From assembly GCA_965204345.1 (NCBI GenBank), contig OZ241981.1, positions 800,001 through 864,000 of the forward strand: 64,000 bases of DNA. Direction: 5' to 3'. Source of the DNA: Nitrosopumilus sp. (lineage in GTDB: Archaea > Thermoproteota > Nitrososphaeria > Nitrososphaerales > Nitrosopumilaceae). The first letter of the stretch is position 1, and every line of letters begins with the position of its first letter. Positions 51,989 through 61,826 of the stretch are shown piece by piece. The notes below the pieces were generated by a model. It searched no databases. It was not told the DNA's origin and saw only the letters and a program-made list of their open reading frames with translations. The translations under genes were made by a program, and so were the position numbers.

Positions 51989-53220
51989 TCTAATGCTATT
52001 TTGAGATTATCCACATTTGCTCTCATTTTATCAAAGTATGTTATGTTAGGGTCATCTTGCTCTGAAAGTGATTCTAATGGACTAAACAACAGAATATCTC
52101 CACCTAATTCTGATGCCAATCTTTCAGCTAGTTTCTGATTTTTATTCTCCTCTGTAAAGAAATACTTGATGTCATTTTCTTCTGCAAAATGAATTAGTTC
52201 TTCAATATCCTTTGCAGTTACAGGAGTTTCAGGACTAAACTCCTGTATTACTGCAAGGGTATGAAGGTTGTATCTCTCTGCAAAATAAGAAAATGCATTG
52301 TGAAATGGTACAAATGTGTCCCTTTTGCAAACAGATAATTCCGTTCTAATTTCTTGATCCAGCGTGTCTAATTGGTCAGAATAAGATTTAGCGTTGCTAA
52401 GATATGCTTCTGAATTTTCAGGATCAGAGGTAGACATGTGGTTTGCTATATTCATCACCTGTTTTTTTGCCAATAATGGATCAAGCCAAATGTGTGGATC
52501 ATATACAGAATTAAGTTCCAATTCCTCATCGTGTTCTTCATGATCATCTTTGCTAGAAACTAGATGATGAATTTCTTCTATTCCTTCTGGACCTTCAATG
52601 TGTCCCTCTTTGATTTCATTTAACAATATTTCAATTTCTTCAATTGTATTTCCACCATGTCCGTGTCCATCGTCTTCATGTTCATGGAGAATTTCTTTGA
52701 TTGATTCAATGGTTTGTATTTCGTTAATGTGATCATGTTCAAACTCTTCTATAATATTTGCAATTTCATCCTGAAATTCTTCAACATGTCCATCATCGTG
52801 TCTGCCATCATCGTGTCTGCCATGATCATGTTTTTCTCCTTCAAGCAAAGTTATTCCTTTAGATGAATCAACAAATATGATGTGTGCAAAATCAGGGGAA
52901 GATGTTATCTCATCAATGTATGGTTCAAAATCAGCACCGTTGTAAACTAGCATGTCTGCTTTTGTCAATGCTGCAATTGTTTGTGGACCTAGATCAAATA
53001 AATGGGGATCTCCAACAGATGAAATAAGCATCTTTACTTCAGCTGCATCCCCGGCAACATTTTGAGTGAATTGCTGTAATGGATAAAATGTTGTAAAAAC
53101 TAGAAATTTCTCCTCAACTAAAACAACCTCATTTTGGGATTGTGCTGAAACTAGAATAACAGAGATAATTACAGCAGCTGCAATTCCGCCTCCAATTGCT
53201 GCAATTTGTGAACTTTTCAT
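51979..53220 (-). CDS. Zn/Mn ABC substrate-binding protein (ZnuA/TroA cluster A-I) with long His/Glu-rich insert
   Basis: TTFYPL, DPHLF, YNGADFE, YDPHIWLDP, FHNAFSYFA, PLE. Confidence 0.9.
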   Translation of the reverse strand: MKSSQIAAIGGGIAAAVIISVILVSAQSQNEVVLVEEKFLVFTTFYPLQQFTQNVAGDAAEVKMLISSVGDPHLFDLGPQTIAALTKADMLVYNGADFEPYIDEITSSPDFAHIIFVDSSKGITLLEGEKHDHGRHDDGRHDDGHVEEFQDEIANIIEEFEHDHINEIQTIESIKEILHEHEDDGHGHGGNTIEEIEILLNEIKEGHIEGPEGIEEIHHLVSSKDDHEEHDEELELNSVYDPHIWLDPLLAKKQVMNIANHMSTSDPENSEAYLSNAKSYSDQLDTLDQEIRTELSVCKRDTFVPFHNAFSYFAERYNLHTLAVIQEFSPETPVTAKDIEELIHFAEENDIKYFFTEENKNQKLAERLASELGGDILLFSPLESLSEQDDPNITYFDKMRANVDNLKIALECS

Positions 53221-53386
53221 GCTTGAATCGCTTCAAATATTATTAATAAATTTATAAATTCTTAATAACTTATTATATACAAAAAGAAAAAAAATTATTA
53301 AAAATTATGAAGATATTTAATAACTAATCTTTTCATATTAATAATCATGGAAATCCAATAAATACAGAGAATTTCAAGCATAACCC

Positions 53387-53482
53387 ATGTCAAAGATTGT
53401 AAAATGTCCAAGCTGTGATTGCCATATTGTTGTAAATGACAATGGGCAAAAAGAATTCTGCATGAAAAATAGTTCAAACTAG
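53387..53482 (+). CDS. Candidate Cys-rich micro-protein (31 aa)
   Basis: MSKIVKCPSCDCHIVVNDNGQKEFCMKNSSN; divergent from the ZnuA-like gene. Confidence 0.35.
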   Translation: MSKIVKCPSCDCHIVVNDNGQKEFCMKNSSN

Positions 53483-53499
53483 AAAAACTATTGGTAAAG

Positions 53500-55300
53500 G
53501 TACCATTCCATTAAAGCCTGAACCAGTTTTGGACAAATGTTTGGTTCACAGACCAATAACCGTTTTGGCCTATAGAGTAACTATTCTAATCATATAGCAT
53601 TTCAATAAAGATTCATTCAATAATTATTACATCAGTTACTCTCAAATGAATGTCAAATCCTTTTTGACTCTTCCTTGGACGGGTTTTTGTTTATCAAAAT
53701 TCATCCAACTAATAATTTAGGAATCAAAATTAAAATGATTGGATGCTTATTCTTTTGATTTGAAACCAACCCCACCATCTTTTCCTAGGCTTGGTTTGGA
53801 AAATCCAGTGCATGCACTTACTGCTCCACCTATCAAAAATGAAACAATTTCTTTAGGTGGTTGTCTTCCATCTCTAATCAAGCCTCTCTTTTGATAAAAC
53901 CTTCTTGGATAATTTTTTTAGTTACTTTATTGAATTGCCACTCTTTTACTTGACTAATCTCTTTTAATGTTTGAGCATCATTGGTATTGTTGATTATTGC
54001 CTTTATTACGACATAGATGTACTAGTTATTTAGTATCATAAAACCACAAATGCTTATATATTTATGTGGTTTGATGATACTAAATTATTAGTAAAGCACA
54101 AGTTTCATGAGAGATGATTCTGAATTTTTGTAGACAGCATATACAACTTGTTTCTCATTTAGAAGGTCATCTAGTTCTGCATTTTTTCTCATTCTTGTAA
54201 GGCCAGACCTCATCTGGCGTTTATTGATTGGATTTAGAAAATTGTTGATAAACAGTGTGTGATTCTGTAAATCATTTCTTTTCCAGTGATTTTTTTTTTG
54301 ATATCCAAGATAATCAATTAGTGGAGATATTGCATATCTGTTGAGAAATCCTAAATGAGAGACGATAGTTTTACTCTTCCTAAATCAATCTGAATTGAGC
54401 ATCTTGACAAATCCCATTCTTCATAGTTTGAGGTTTCAAGGGTATCAGCTAGTTGATACCACGCTTTAAAATTAAATAAAGCAGCAAGAGTCAAAGAATC
54501 CAGCCCTCGTTGAAACCTACAAAGAAAGACAGATTTTTCAGTTAGTTAATTGCCCAATTGTTATAATTTTTAAAAATTCATCTAATCATGATTCACTCAA
54601 AATTATCAGATTCCAAAGACATTTCTGCATTTGGATCAAATGTGTGGTCTAAAGGCCCATCATTTTTTTATACGCACTGATTGCAAAAAAAGAATTGTTT
54701 TGAAATTGGATCTATTTCTCTTTCATTTTAGGTTCCAAAAAGTAATTTTTTATCAATTTTGCAGTCTAACATCATAATGATTATCAGCATAAATTTTTAG
54801 AAAATGCTCAACATCTTCAATGAAAACAGTCATTTTTCTCTTTTTTGTAAGTAAGGTTTTCTAATTGAATCTCTTGGGAATATTGCAGAATTTTTTTTAA
54901 AAATCCAACTGTTAAAGCAATGAAGATGTCTCATCAGGTGTCTTTAGTTCCATTAGTGATGGATTTTGTTTTTTTTTTCTATTATTTGCTCCAAGCTGAT
55001 TTCCAAAATATGCAATTAAATCTAATTCCAAAAAATCATTGTATAAAATTGGAGTAAAACTAGTAGGAATTTCTTTTAACACTTATTTTCTTGCCGATTG
55101 AAATTACTTTGAAAATTACAGAGAGATTTGCCTCCGGCATACTTTCTCTTGTGATAAATTCATCTCTATGTTCTTTAACAAGATGATTTGAGGTGATTGT
55201 ATTCCCTGCTTTCATAACTCCCAAGCATTAGCAACGTACGTCAAAACCATAATTTCTATCAAAGCCAAACTATGAGAATTTTATGAGCCCGCACGACGGT
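53500..55300 (-). pseudogene. AT-rich region of decayed genes
   Basis: No ORF in the track over 53221-55659; protein-like minus-strand fragments broken by stops and homopolymer frameshifts. Confidence 0.55.
54028..54085. promoter_or_regulatory. 21-bp inverted repeat (1 mismatch) flanking a TATA-like 16-bp spacer
   Basis: ATTTAGTATCATAAAACCACA (54028-54048) and TGTGGTTTGATGATACTAAAT (54065-54085). Confidence 0.75.
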
Positions 55301-55343
55301 CTGTGAATCATCCTAGGTTATTTAGTGTAATTGTAGAAAAAAC

Positions 55344-55505
55344 CTATAATTCAAATTCCTGACGACATTTCTCGCATTTTGCTCTCTCTTCTCCAGGAGA
55401 CCCAAGAAGGAAAATTTTGCCAATTGTCTTACAAAGAGGACACATGCCAGTTGTAGCGTTTTTTGGACCAGTACGAATAATTTTTTGGGTTTTTCTTCGT
55501 CCCAT
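55344..55505 (-). CDS. Small Zn-ribbon protein, Elf1-like (53 aa, not in track)
   Basis: MGRRKTQKIIR...CPLC...CEKC; basic MGRRK start plus two CxxC. Confidence 0.7.
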   Translation of the reverse strand: MGRRKTQKIIRTGPKNATTGMCPLCKTIGKIFLLGSPGEERAKCEKCRQEFEL

Positions 55506-55540
55506 GTAAAAACTTCCCAAATCGGTCTATTAAGTTTTAA

Positions 55541-55627
55541 TGGCGCGGGGAGGGGGATTTGAACCCCCGTGTCCTTGCGGACATAGGATTAGCAATCCTA
55601 CGCCCTACCAGGCTAGGCGATCCCCGC
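55541..55627 (-). tRNA. tRNA-Ser (GCT), CCA encoded
   Basis: GCGGGGA..TAGGA-TTGCTAA-TCCTA, long variable arm TGTCC-GCAA-GGACA, GGTTCAAATCC, G73-CCA. Confidence 0.95.
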
Positions 55628-55659
55628 ATATCAGGCATAGAAGTTGTCTGTAAATAAAT

Positions 55660-56406
55660 TCATTCGTCGTCAAACTGGCTATAATCACTGACAATTTCAT
55701 TGATAGGCAGTCGTTTTCCGCCTACAATTTTGAGATCTACCTGAACTTTTTTGTTGGAAATGGTAAGAATATTGTAAGTATTTTCAAAAAATCCACGAAC
55801 ACGTTCAGACGTGGCAGTACCGGCATTAACAACATTAAGAGTTCCAAAATTCCACGCCCATGGTCTGTGTTTATGTCCGCACAATACAACGTCAACTTTA
55901 GAATCCAAGACAGTGCGAAGTACGTCTCCTGCATCAACAACGGTGAGCTGGTCAGAGCCGGTGTCAGGAATAGCAATCAGATGATGATGCATTGCAACAA
56001 TCTTAACCTTGTCTTTATATTTTTTCATTGTTCGCTCTAGCCATAAATTTTGTCTGTAACCTACCTCGCCCTCGTTTCTATCAGGTCTAGCAGTTCCAAC
56101 AGTAACCAAAACAACGTCATCATTTAGCTCATTTACAGTTTCAAACGGAAAAAATTTTTTGAATAATAGATAGCCTGTGTTTCTATAATCATGGTTTCCG
56201 CTAATAGTAATAATTTTTTTTGTGCTGAATTTTGTTAAAAGTGATTTGCATTTTTCATATTCGGGCATCAGTCCTTCGTTTGTTAAATCGCCTGTAACAA
56301 CAATTACATCAGGATTAAGCTGATTTACTTCATCAACTAAAATATCAAATTTTTCCTCTAAAAACTGAGAGCCAACGTGCAGATCAGAGATTTGAACTAT
56401 TTGCAT
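55660..56406 (-). CDS. Calcineurin-like metallophosphoesterase
   Basis: SDLH, TGDL, GNHD, MHHH, GHKH. Confidence 0.92.
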   Translation of the reverse strand: MQIVQISDLHVGSQFLEEKFDILVDEVNQLNPDVIVVTGDLTNEGLMPEYEKCKSLLTKFSTKKIITISGNHDYRNTGYLLFKKFFPFETVNELNDDVVLVTVGTARPDRNEGEVGYRQNLWLERTMKKYKDKVKIVAMHHHLIAIPDTGSDQLTVVDAGDVLRTVLDSKVDVVLCGHKHRPWAWNFGTLNVVNAGTATSERVRGFFENTYNILTISNKKVQVDLKIVGGKRLPINEIVSDYSQFDDE

Positions 56407-56522
56407 CTTGGATGTAACTTATCAAGTTGAGTATTAAATCATCACTATACAAAGTATGTAGATGGTAATAGTTTCAAATTCAAGGTAGAATTAAATAATA
56501 ACTATCTCAAAATTCTGCAGTT

Positions 56523-57554
56523 TTGAGTAAAAAAACAGCCGTAATGAGAGGAGATGGCATCGGGCCTGAAGTTGTAGATTCAATGCTAAAGGTACTAAAA
56601 GAATGTAACTTTCAATCAGAGATAATTCTTTGTGAGGCAGGCTCTGAACAGTGGGACAAAAATGGCAGAAAAGATGCATCATACATTCCTGATGCAACCA
56701 TGAAGACTTTGGAGGATGCAGATTGTTGTTTTAAGGGTCCAACTACTACAATTCCAGTTCCAGGTGCCCCAAGAAGCGTTGCAGTTACACTAAGGCAAAA
56801 ATTTGATCTTTATGCAAATATCAGACCGACTAAGACTTATGACAGACTGACACCGGACAGAAAACTTGACTGCGTATGTTTTAGAGAAGCAACCGAAGGA
56901 CTCTACACGGGCGTAGAGGCAAAAATTACAGATGATGCTGCAATTGCAATTAGAAAGATCACCAGACATGGGAGTAGAAGACTGGTTGATTCAGCAGTAG
57001 ACTGGGCAAACAAATTCAACATGAAGAAGATGGTCACAGTTACAAAAAGGAACATACTAAAACAAACTGACGGGATATTTTGGGATGAGACGCAAAAGGC
57101 AGTAGAGGGAACCGGAATTGAGTTATCTGAAATTTACATAGACAACATGGCACAGCAAATGGTAATTGCAACTGAACAGTTTAATGGGTCTGTACTAGTT
57201 AGCACCAATTTATTTATGGATATTATTTCAGAACTGGCATCAGCCCTTGTGGGTTCAATTGGATTAATTTATTCGGCCAACATTGGAGACAGGTATGCAA
57301 TGTTTGAAGCAGCACACGGAAGTGCCCCACAATTTACAGGACAAAACAAGGTAAATCCGACTGCAACGGTATTATCAGGAGCTTGGATGGCAGATTATAT
57401 GGGTGAAAGGCAGGTAAGAGACGCCATTTTTGCTGCAACTGAAAGAGTAGTCAACGAGGGCAAGGCAGTTACGTGGGATATTGGCGGCAGTGCATCAACT
57501 ACACAAATGACAGATGCGATCATTGCATATGCCAAAGAAAACTTGCGAAGATAA
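56523..57554 (+). CDS. Isocitrate/homoisocitrate/isopropylmalate dehydrogenase family
   Basis: GDGIGPEV, LRQKFDLYANIRP, REATEGLY, FEAAHGSAP; TTG start. Confidence 0.88.
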   Translation: MSKKTAVMRGDGIGPEVVDSMLKVLKECNFQSEIILCEAGSEQWDKNGRKDASYIPDATMKTLEDADCCFKGPTTTIPVPGAPRSVAVTLRQKFDLYANIRPTKTYDRLTPDRKLDCVCFREATEGLYTGVEAKITDDAAIAIRKITRHGSRRLVDSAVDWANKFNMKKMVTVTKRNILKQTDGIFWDETQKAVEGTGIELSEIYIDNMAQQMVIATEQFNGSVLVSTNLFMDIISELASALVGSIGLIYSANIGDRYAMFEAAHGSAPQFTGQNKVNPTATVLSGAWMADYMGERQVRDAIFAATERVVNEGKAVTWDIGGSASTTQMTDAIIAYAKENLRR

Positions 57555-58088
57555 TCAGAGTTTAGCTTCTACTAAGATTAGCTCTTCATAGAAAAGCTTC
57601 TTTCTTGCCATTATGCGGGTTTTCAGGCCTGATTTTTCTGCATAACCAATTAATTTTTGATGGTTGGACAGTGAGGAGGTCACAAAGATGAATTTTCCAC
57701 CAACAGACAGATTGTTAACTGCAGAATCAAGTATTTTTTTAGGAACTTCAAATCCTTCGGTACCCCCATCAGTTGCAATATCCAAGATTTCATCAGTTGC
57801 AAGATAAGGCAGGTTACAAACAATAAAATCAAATCTTATGTTTAGCGCATCTGAGCCATTACAGCAAACCAAATTACTTGTTTTGTAAGTTTGATTCTTC
57901 AATACATCAAAGTTAATATCGGTTCCAATCACAAGTGAAAAATTATCAGACAGCAGCTTGGTCAGATATCCTGAACCGCTACCCACATCCAAAGCGCGAT
58001 TACCCTTTTCATTTTTAATATTATCTACAATAAAAAAAGTATCCTCGGATGGAGGATATTCATCATTTTTCAAGGATTTGCGTTGCAA
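57555..58088 (-). CDS. HemK2/PrmC-like release-factor glutamine methyltransferase
   Basis: YPPSEDT, LDVGSGSG, NLPY. Confidence 0.85.
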   Translation of the reverse strand: MQRKSLKNDEYPPSEDTFFIVDNIKNEKGNRALDVGSGSGYLTKLLSDNFSLVIGTDINFDVLKNQTYKTSNLVCCNGSDALNIRFDFIVCNLPYLATDEILDIATDGGTEGFEVPKKILDSAVNNLSVGGKFIFVTSSLSNHQKLIGYAEKSGLKTRIMARKKLFYEELILVEAKL

Positions 58089-58770
58089 GACTAATTATTT
58101 CATCTCCGGAAAGATCATCCACTCGTTTGTTTACTGTACTTTTTTTACCAAATTGTTTAAAGATATTTTTGACAGTTTTTCGCCTATATGAAAAAATTTT
58201 ATTAATTGTTTTGATTAGATCCCTGCCCATATGGTTTCTTTTGGTTATTTTCAGAACAACAGAATCAACTCTTGGCTGAGGGGAAAAATTATTTTTTCCA
58301 ACTTTGAATGCAGTCTTGATTTCAAATGCATGTGTTGCAATAATGCTTACTGCCCTTCTCTGTTTTGAGGACTTTGCCAACAGCTTGTCAGCAAACTCTT
58401 TTTGAACCATGATTACACCATGGGAAAAGGAGGTCTGTGCAAGCCATTCAATGGCATCCTTACTCCTAGAATAGGGAAGATTTGATACAAAGATATCAAA
58501 AGAAATCTTTTTCTTTAATCCATCACCAGATTTTAGGACAAGATTCTCAAGATTAGAAAATTTTGATTTGGCATCATTAATGAGTGATTTATCAAGATCC
58601 ACAGAAATTACAGTGCCGGCCTTCTGGCACAAAAGGGATGTCAGAATTCCCAAGCCGGTTCCAATCTCAAATACAGTGTCACTTTTTGTAATTTTAGCCT
58701 CAAATACTATTAATTTTGCTATGTCATTGGAATTCAGAAAGTGTTGTCCAAGCTGTTTCCGTTTTATCAT
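58063..58770 (-). CDS. rsmA: 16S rRNA dimethyladenosine transferase
   Basis: LGQHFL, FEIGTGLG, SNLPY, FSPQPRVDS. Confidence 0.93.
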   Translation of the reverse strand: MIKRKQLGQHFLNSNDIAKLIVFEAKITKSDTVFEIGTGLGILTSLLCQKAGTVISVDLDKSLINDAKSKFSNLENLVLKSGDGLKKKISFDIFVSNLPYSRSKDAIEWLAQTSFSHGVIMVQKEFADKLLAKSSKQRRAVSIIATHAFEIKTAFKVGKNNFSPQPRVDSVVLKITKRNHMGRDLIKTINKIFSYRRKTVKNIFKQFGKKSTVNKRVDDLSGDEIISLATQILEK

Positions 58771-59333
58771 CTCTTAACAAAGAGATTCATTCTGCTTTCT
58801 CCGGTAATCTCATCTAAAATTCGTTCGGAGATATGCTTTATAGGTTCCTTGAATCCTACACGCTCTTGCAAATCCTGATAACTTTGAAACTTTTTCTTTT
58901 CTCGTTCTTCAAGCATAGTTTTCATGTATGTTTTTCCAATGCCTGGAATTAATTCCAAAGCATGAACTCTAGGTGTTAATGGCTGCGCATTATTTAGATA
59001 CGTGACAAATTTTTCTTCATTTACACTCACTATGCTTTCAACAACTGCCTCTAACTCACTTTGAGCAGAAGACGAGATTTTACTATATTCCATCTTTCCT
59101 AAAACAGATAGTACCTTAGTCCGTCCTTCTTTTCCAATGTATATTTTTTCACCAATCTCAAATGTGGAATTTGGAATTCCCAAGATTTCCAACAGGGTTA
59201 GTCTGTCCTCCCCAATTGCAGTAACGATTATTCCATCTCTTCCTCTCACAGTAGAGGACTTTCCTCGTGAATTAAAATCCAAAACATATGCATACTCTTC
59301 GTACTTTCTAGCTGAGGGTTGTGCCCGAGACAA
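58767..59333 (-). CDS. DUF655 putative RNA-binding protein
   Basis: EEYAYVLDF, HALELIPGIGK HhH; conserved rpl21e-rpo4-DUF655-rsmA order. Confidence 0.88.
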   Translation of the reverse strand: MSRAQPSARKYEEYAYVLDFNSRGKSSTVRGRDGIIVTAIGEDRLTLLEILGIPNSTFEIGEKIYIGKEGRTKVLSVLGKMEYSKISSSAQSELEAVVESIVSVNEEKFVTYLNNAQPLTPRVHALELIPGIGKTYMKTMLEEREKKKFQSYQDLQERVGFKEPIKHISERILDEITGESRMNLFVKR

Positions 59334-59353
59334 AATAGAACACTCCGAAAAAC

Positions 59354-59680
59354 TTATGAGTGCTCCTTGATAATTTTGAGCATTTTTTCTAGGGTTTCAG
59401 CAAGAATCAATTTTTTCCAACCAAATGTAAAGGAGCGTAATTCCGCCAAACTTGTAGGTCTAATGTTAACTATTTCAACGGATTCATCCTCTGTTAATTC
59501 ACATTCTTTGATCAGTTTTTTCTTCATGTCTTTTGCGTCCTTTGATTCAGTTGACACAAATTTTGAAACATAATCATATGTCCAGCGCTGAATTTGATCC
59601 ATCTCTTCGACATCAACTTTGCCTAAAATTTCTTTAACTTCTGAAAGAGAAATAGCTTGTTTCTTTTTTACTTCTTCCAT
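59354..59680 (-). CDS. rpo4: RNA polymerase subunit Rpo4 (RpoF)
   Basis: ISLSEVKEIL, QRWTYDY, IVNIRP..ELR. Confidence 0.9.
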   Translation of the reverse strand: MEEVKKKQAISLSEVKEILGKVDVEEMDQIQRWTYDYVSKFVSTESKDAKDMKKKLIKECELTEDESVEIVNIRPTSLAELRSFTFGWKKLILAETLEKMLKIIKEHS

Positions 59681-59681
59681 A

Positions 59682-59981
59682 TCATACACCGAATGGTTTT
59701 ATGTGATCCAATCTAGTGATTAAGGTTTTCGATTTCTCGCCTAATTTTACATCAAGCGTGATTGCACGCCTACCAACATTGGTAATAACGCCTACTTTGC
59801 CATGATATCGCCTGTGTGGCAACCCCTTGTGCTGTCTTGGATCAATTATGACAAGTGCCTGCTGACCTGCATGGTATTCACGTAACAAAAATGAGACTCC
59901 TCTTGGGGCCTTTTTCCTCATTACAGATCTTGATTTATGCTTAAATCCATGTGAACGGCCATGCGATTTCTTAGTTGCCAT
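59682..59981 (-). CDS. rpl21e: 50S ribosomal protein L21e
   Basis: HKGLPHRRYHGKVG, LDHIKP. Confidence 0.95.
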   Translation of the reverse strand: MATKKSHGRSHGFKHKSRSVMRKKAPRGVSFLLREYHAGQQALVIIDPRQHKGLPHRRYHGKVGVITNVGRRAITLDVKLGEKSKTLITRLDHIKPFGV

Positions 59982-60034
59982 GAGTGTAAAACCTTCGAAA
60001 GCCCTATTTTAAGACTTAGAAGAAGATAAAGAAA

Positions 60035-61090
60035 TCAGCCTTTTAGATCAGTTCGTAACTGACCACAAGCAGCAGAAATTTCTGTGCCCTTCTCAACTCT
60101 AACTGTACAGTTTACCCCAGCTTTGGATAAAATCTGTTCAAATTCATGTATGGTATCCTCAGAAGGGCGCTGAAAATCACCTGCAGTAGGATTAATCGGA
60201 ATCAGGTTCACATGTGAGCCGTTTCCCTTTAGGAGTCTTGCTAACTCTGTTGCAATTTCAGGAGAATCATTGACTCCTGCCATAAGGGCATATTCAAAAG
60301 TAACACGACGCCCAGTAATTTTAAAATATTTTCTACCCATTTTGATTATCTCCTCTACGGAATTAGAGGTGGCAGTAGGAACCAATTTTTTTCTTAATTC
60401 ATTGTTTGGTGCGTGTAAGGAAATTGCCAGACCAATTTGCAGGTTTTCTTCAGCAAGTTTTTCAATTCCGGACTTGATTCCAATGGTAGAAATTGTGATG
60501 TGCCTTTGGCCTAACCCAAATCCCCTATCATGTGTTAAAATTTTTACAGCCCTAATCATTTCGTCATAATTTGCCATGGGTTCTCCCATACCCATGAAAA
60601 CTAAGTTTGTAACGTGTTCTCCTCTTTCTTGCAATAGTTCTGCAAAGTGTATCACTTGGGATACAATATGTTCTGCCTTTAGATTTGTTTCAAAACCCAT
60701 TTGTCCAGTTGCGCAAAAGACACATCCCATTGCGCAGCCAATCTGAGTGGAAACACAGATTGTAGAACGTGGATGACCGCCAATTTTGGATGGGTCATAT
60801 TGCATCAATACAGCTTCTACAGATTTGTTGTTATCAAGATTGAGTAATAATTTTGTAGTGTCGCCATCACGACTTACAATACGATGGGTTTCTTGTGCAG
60901 AACCAATCGTGTATCCTGATTCAATCAATTCTTCTCTTAATTTTTTAGGCAGCTGCGGTATATCATGAAGATCTTTGGGAAATTTGTAATATAATGGAAG
61001 TAAAATTTGATCTGCCCTATATCTGGGGTATCCCATATCGAGTACAAGCTGTTCCATTTCTTCAGGAAGTAACCTGTAAAGATCAGTCAT
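60035..61090 (-). CDS. rlmN: RlmN-type radical SAM rRNA/tRNA C2 methyltransferase
   Basis: CVSTQIGCAMGCVFCATG, MGMGEP, ISLHA, AACGQL. Confidence 0.9.
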   Translation of the reverse strand: MTDLYRLLPEEMEQLVLDMGYPRYRADQILLPLYYKFPKDLHDIPQLPKKLREELIESGYTIGSAQETHRIVSRDGDTTKLLLNLDNNKSVEAVLMQYDPSKIGGHPRSTICVSTQIGCAMGCVFCATGQMGFETNLKAEHIVSQVIHFAELLQERGEHVTNLVFMGMGEPMANYDEMIRAVKILTHDRGFGLGQRHITISTIGIKSGIEKLAEENLQIGLAISLHAPNNELRKKLVPTATSNSVEEIIKMGRKYFKITGRRVTFEYALMAGVNDSPEIATELARLLKGNGSHVNLIPINPTAGDFQRPSEDTIHEFEQILSKAGVNCTVRVEKGTEISAACGQLRTDLKG

Positions 61091-61150
61091 TGGATTTTTC
61101 TTATGTTTTGAATTATATTTAATTTAATCAAGAGATGGTGCAAAATGAGG

Positions 61151-61768
61151 CTAAATTTCCAGATTAAATTTTTTTAATGAAGATTTTAAATCATCCAATC
61201 CAATAAATTGAATTGAAGAAATTCCACATTCTTGTGCAGATTCTACGTTTGATAATTTATCATCAATAAACAACATTTCATGTTCTTTAAAAGGCAAATG
61301 TTCGATTACATGTTTGTAAACTCTAGAATCAGGTTTTGAATGTCCAATTTGGTAAGACATGAATTTATATTCAAAATGTTCCAACATTTTCCAATCTTCA
61401 ACAACATCATGAGTTACTTTTTCTATATTAGATATTATTCCAATTGTAAAGCCATTTTCTCGAAGTGAAGCAGCAAGATTTTGTACATCCTGGTTAGGTT
61501 CTGCATTTTTTCTAAAATATGTAGTCCATAATGATTCAGAACTATTCTGTAATAAAGAGGACGATCCAGTATGATCTGCAACATATTTCCAAAATAGAGG
61601 CTCATCTATCTTTCCTGAATCCAATTGAATCAAATATTTATCAAAAGCATCAATTAATTTTTCTTCGTTAACCTCAAACCTATCTGAAACTTCTTTTGTT
61701 ATCCATGACTGGTGCCAATCAACTAGCACACCGCCAATATCAAAAAGAATACATTTGATTTGAGTCAT
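61151..61768 (-). CDS. HAD-superfamily hydrolase
   Basis: FDIGGVL, IISN, KPD, FIDD. Confidence 0.9.
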   Translation of the reverse strand: MTQIKCILFDIGGVLVDWHQSWITKEVSDRFEVNEEKLIDAFDKYLIQLDSGKIDEPLFWKYVADHTGSSSLLQNSSESLWTTYFRKNAEPNQDVQNLAASLRENGFTIGIISNIEKVTHDVVEDWKMLEHFEYKFMSYQIGHSKPDSRVYKHVIEHLPFKEHEMLFIDDKLSNVESAQECGISSIQFIGLDDLKSSLKKFNLEI

Positions 61769-61826
61769 ACAGAAAGCCCTATCAAAGGAGTATTCAAAGA
61801 TTACCAAATAAAAGAAAAAGAATTGG

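Noticed and set aside
44340-55627. Integrated element bounded by tRNA att duplications
   Set aside because: I found no duplicated tRNA 3' end and no integrase in the interval.
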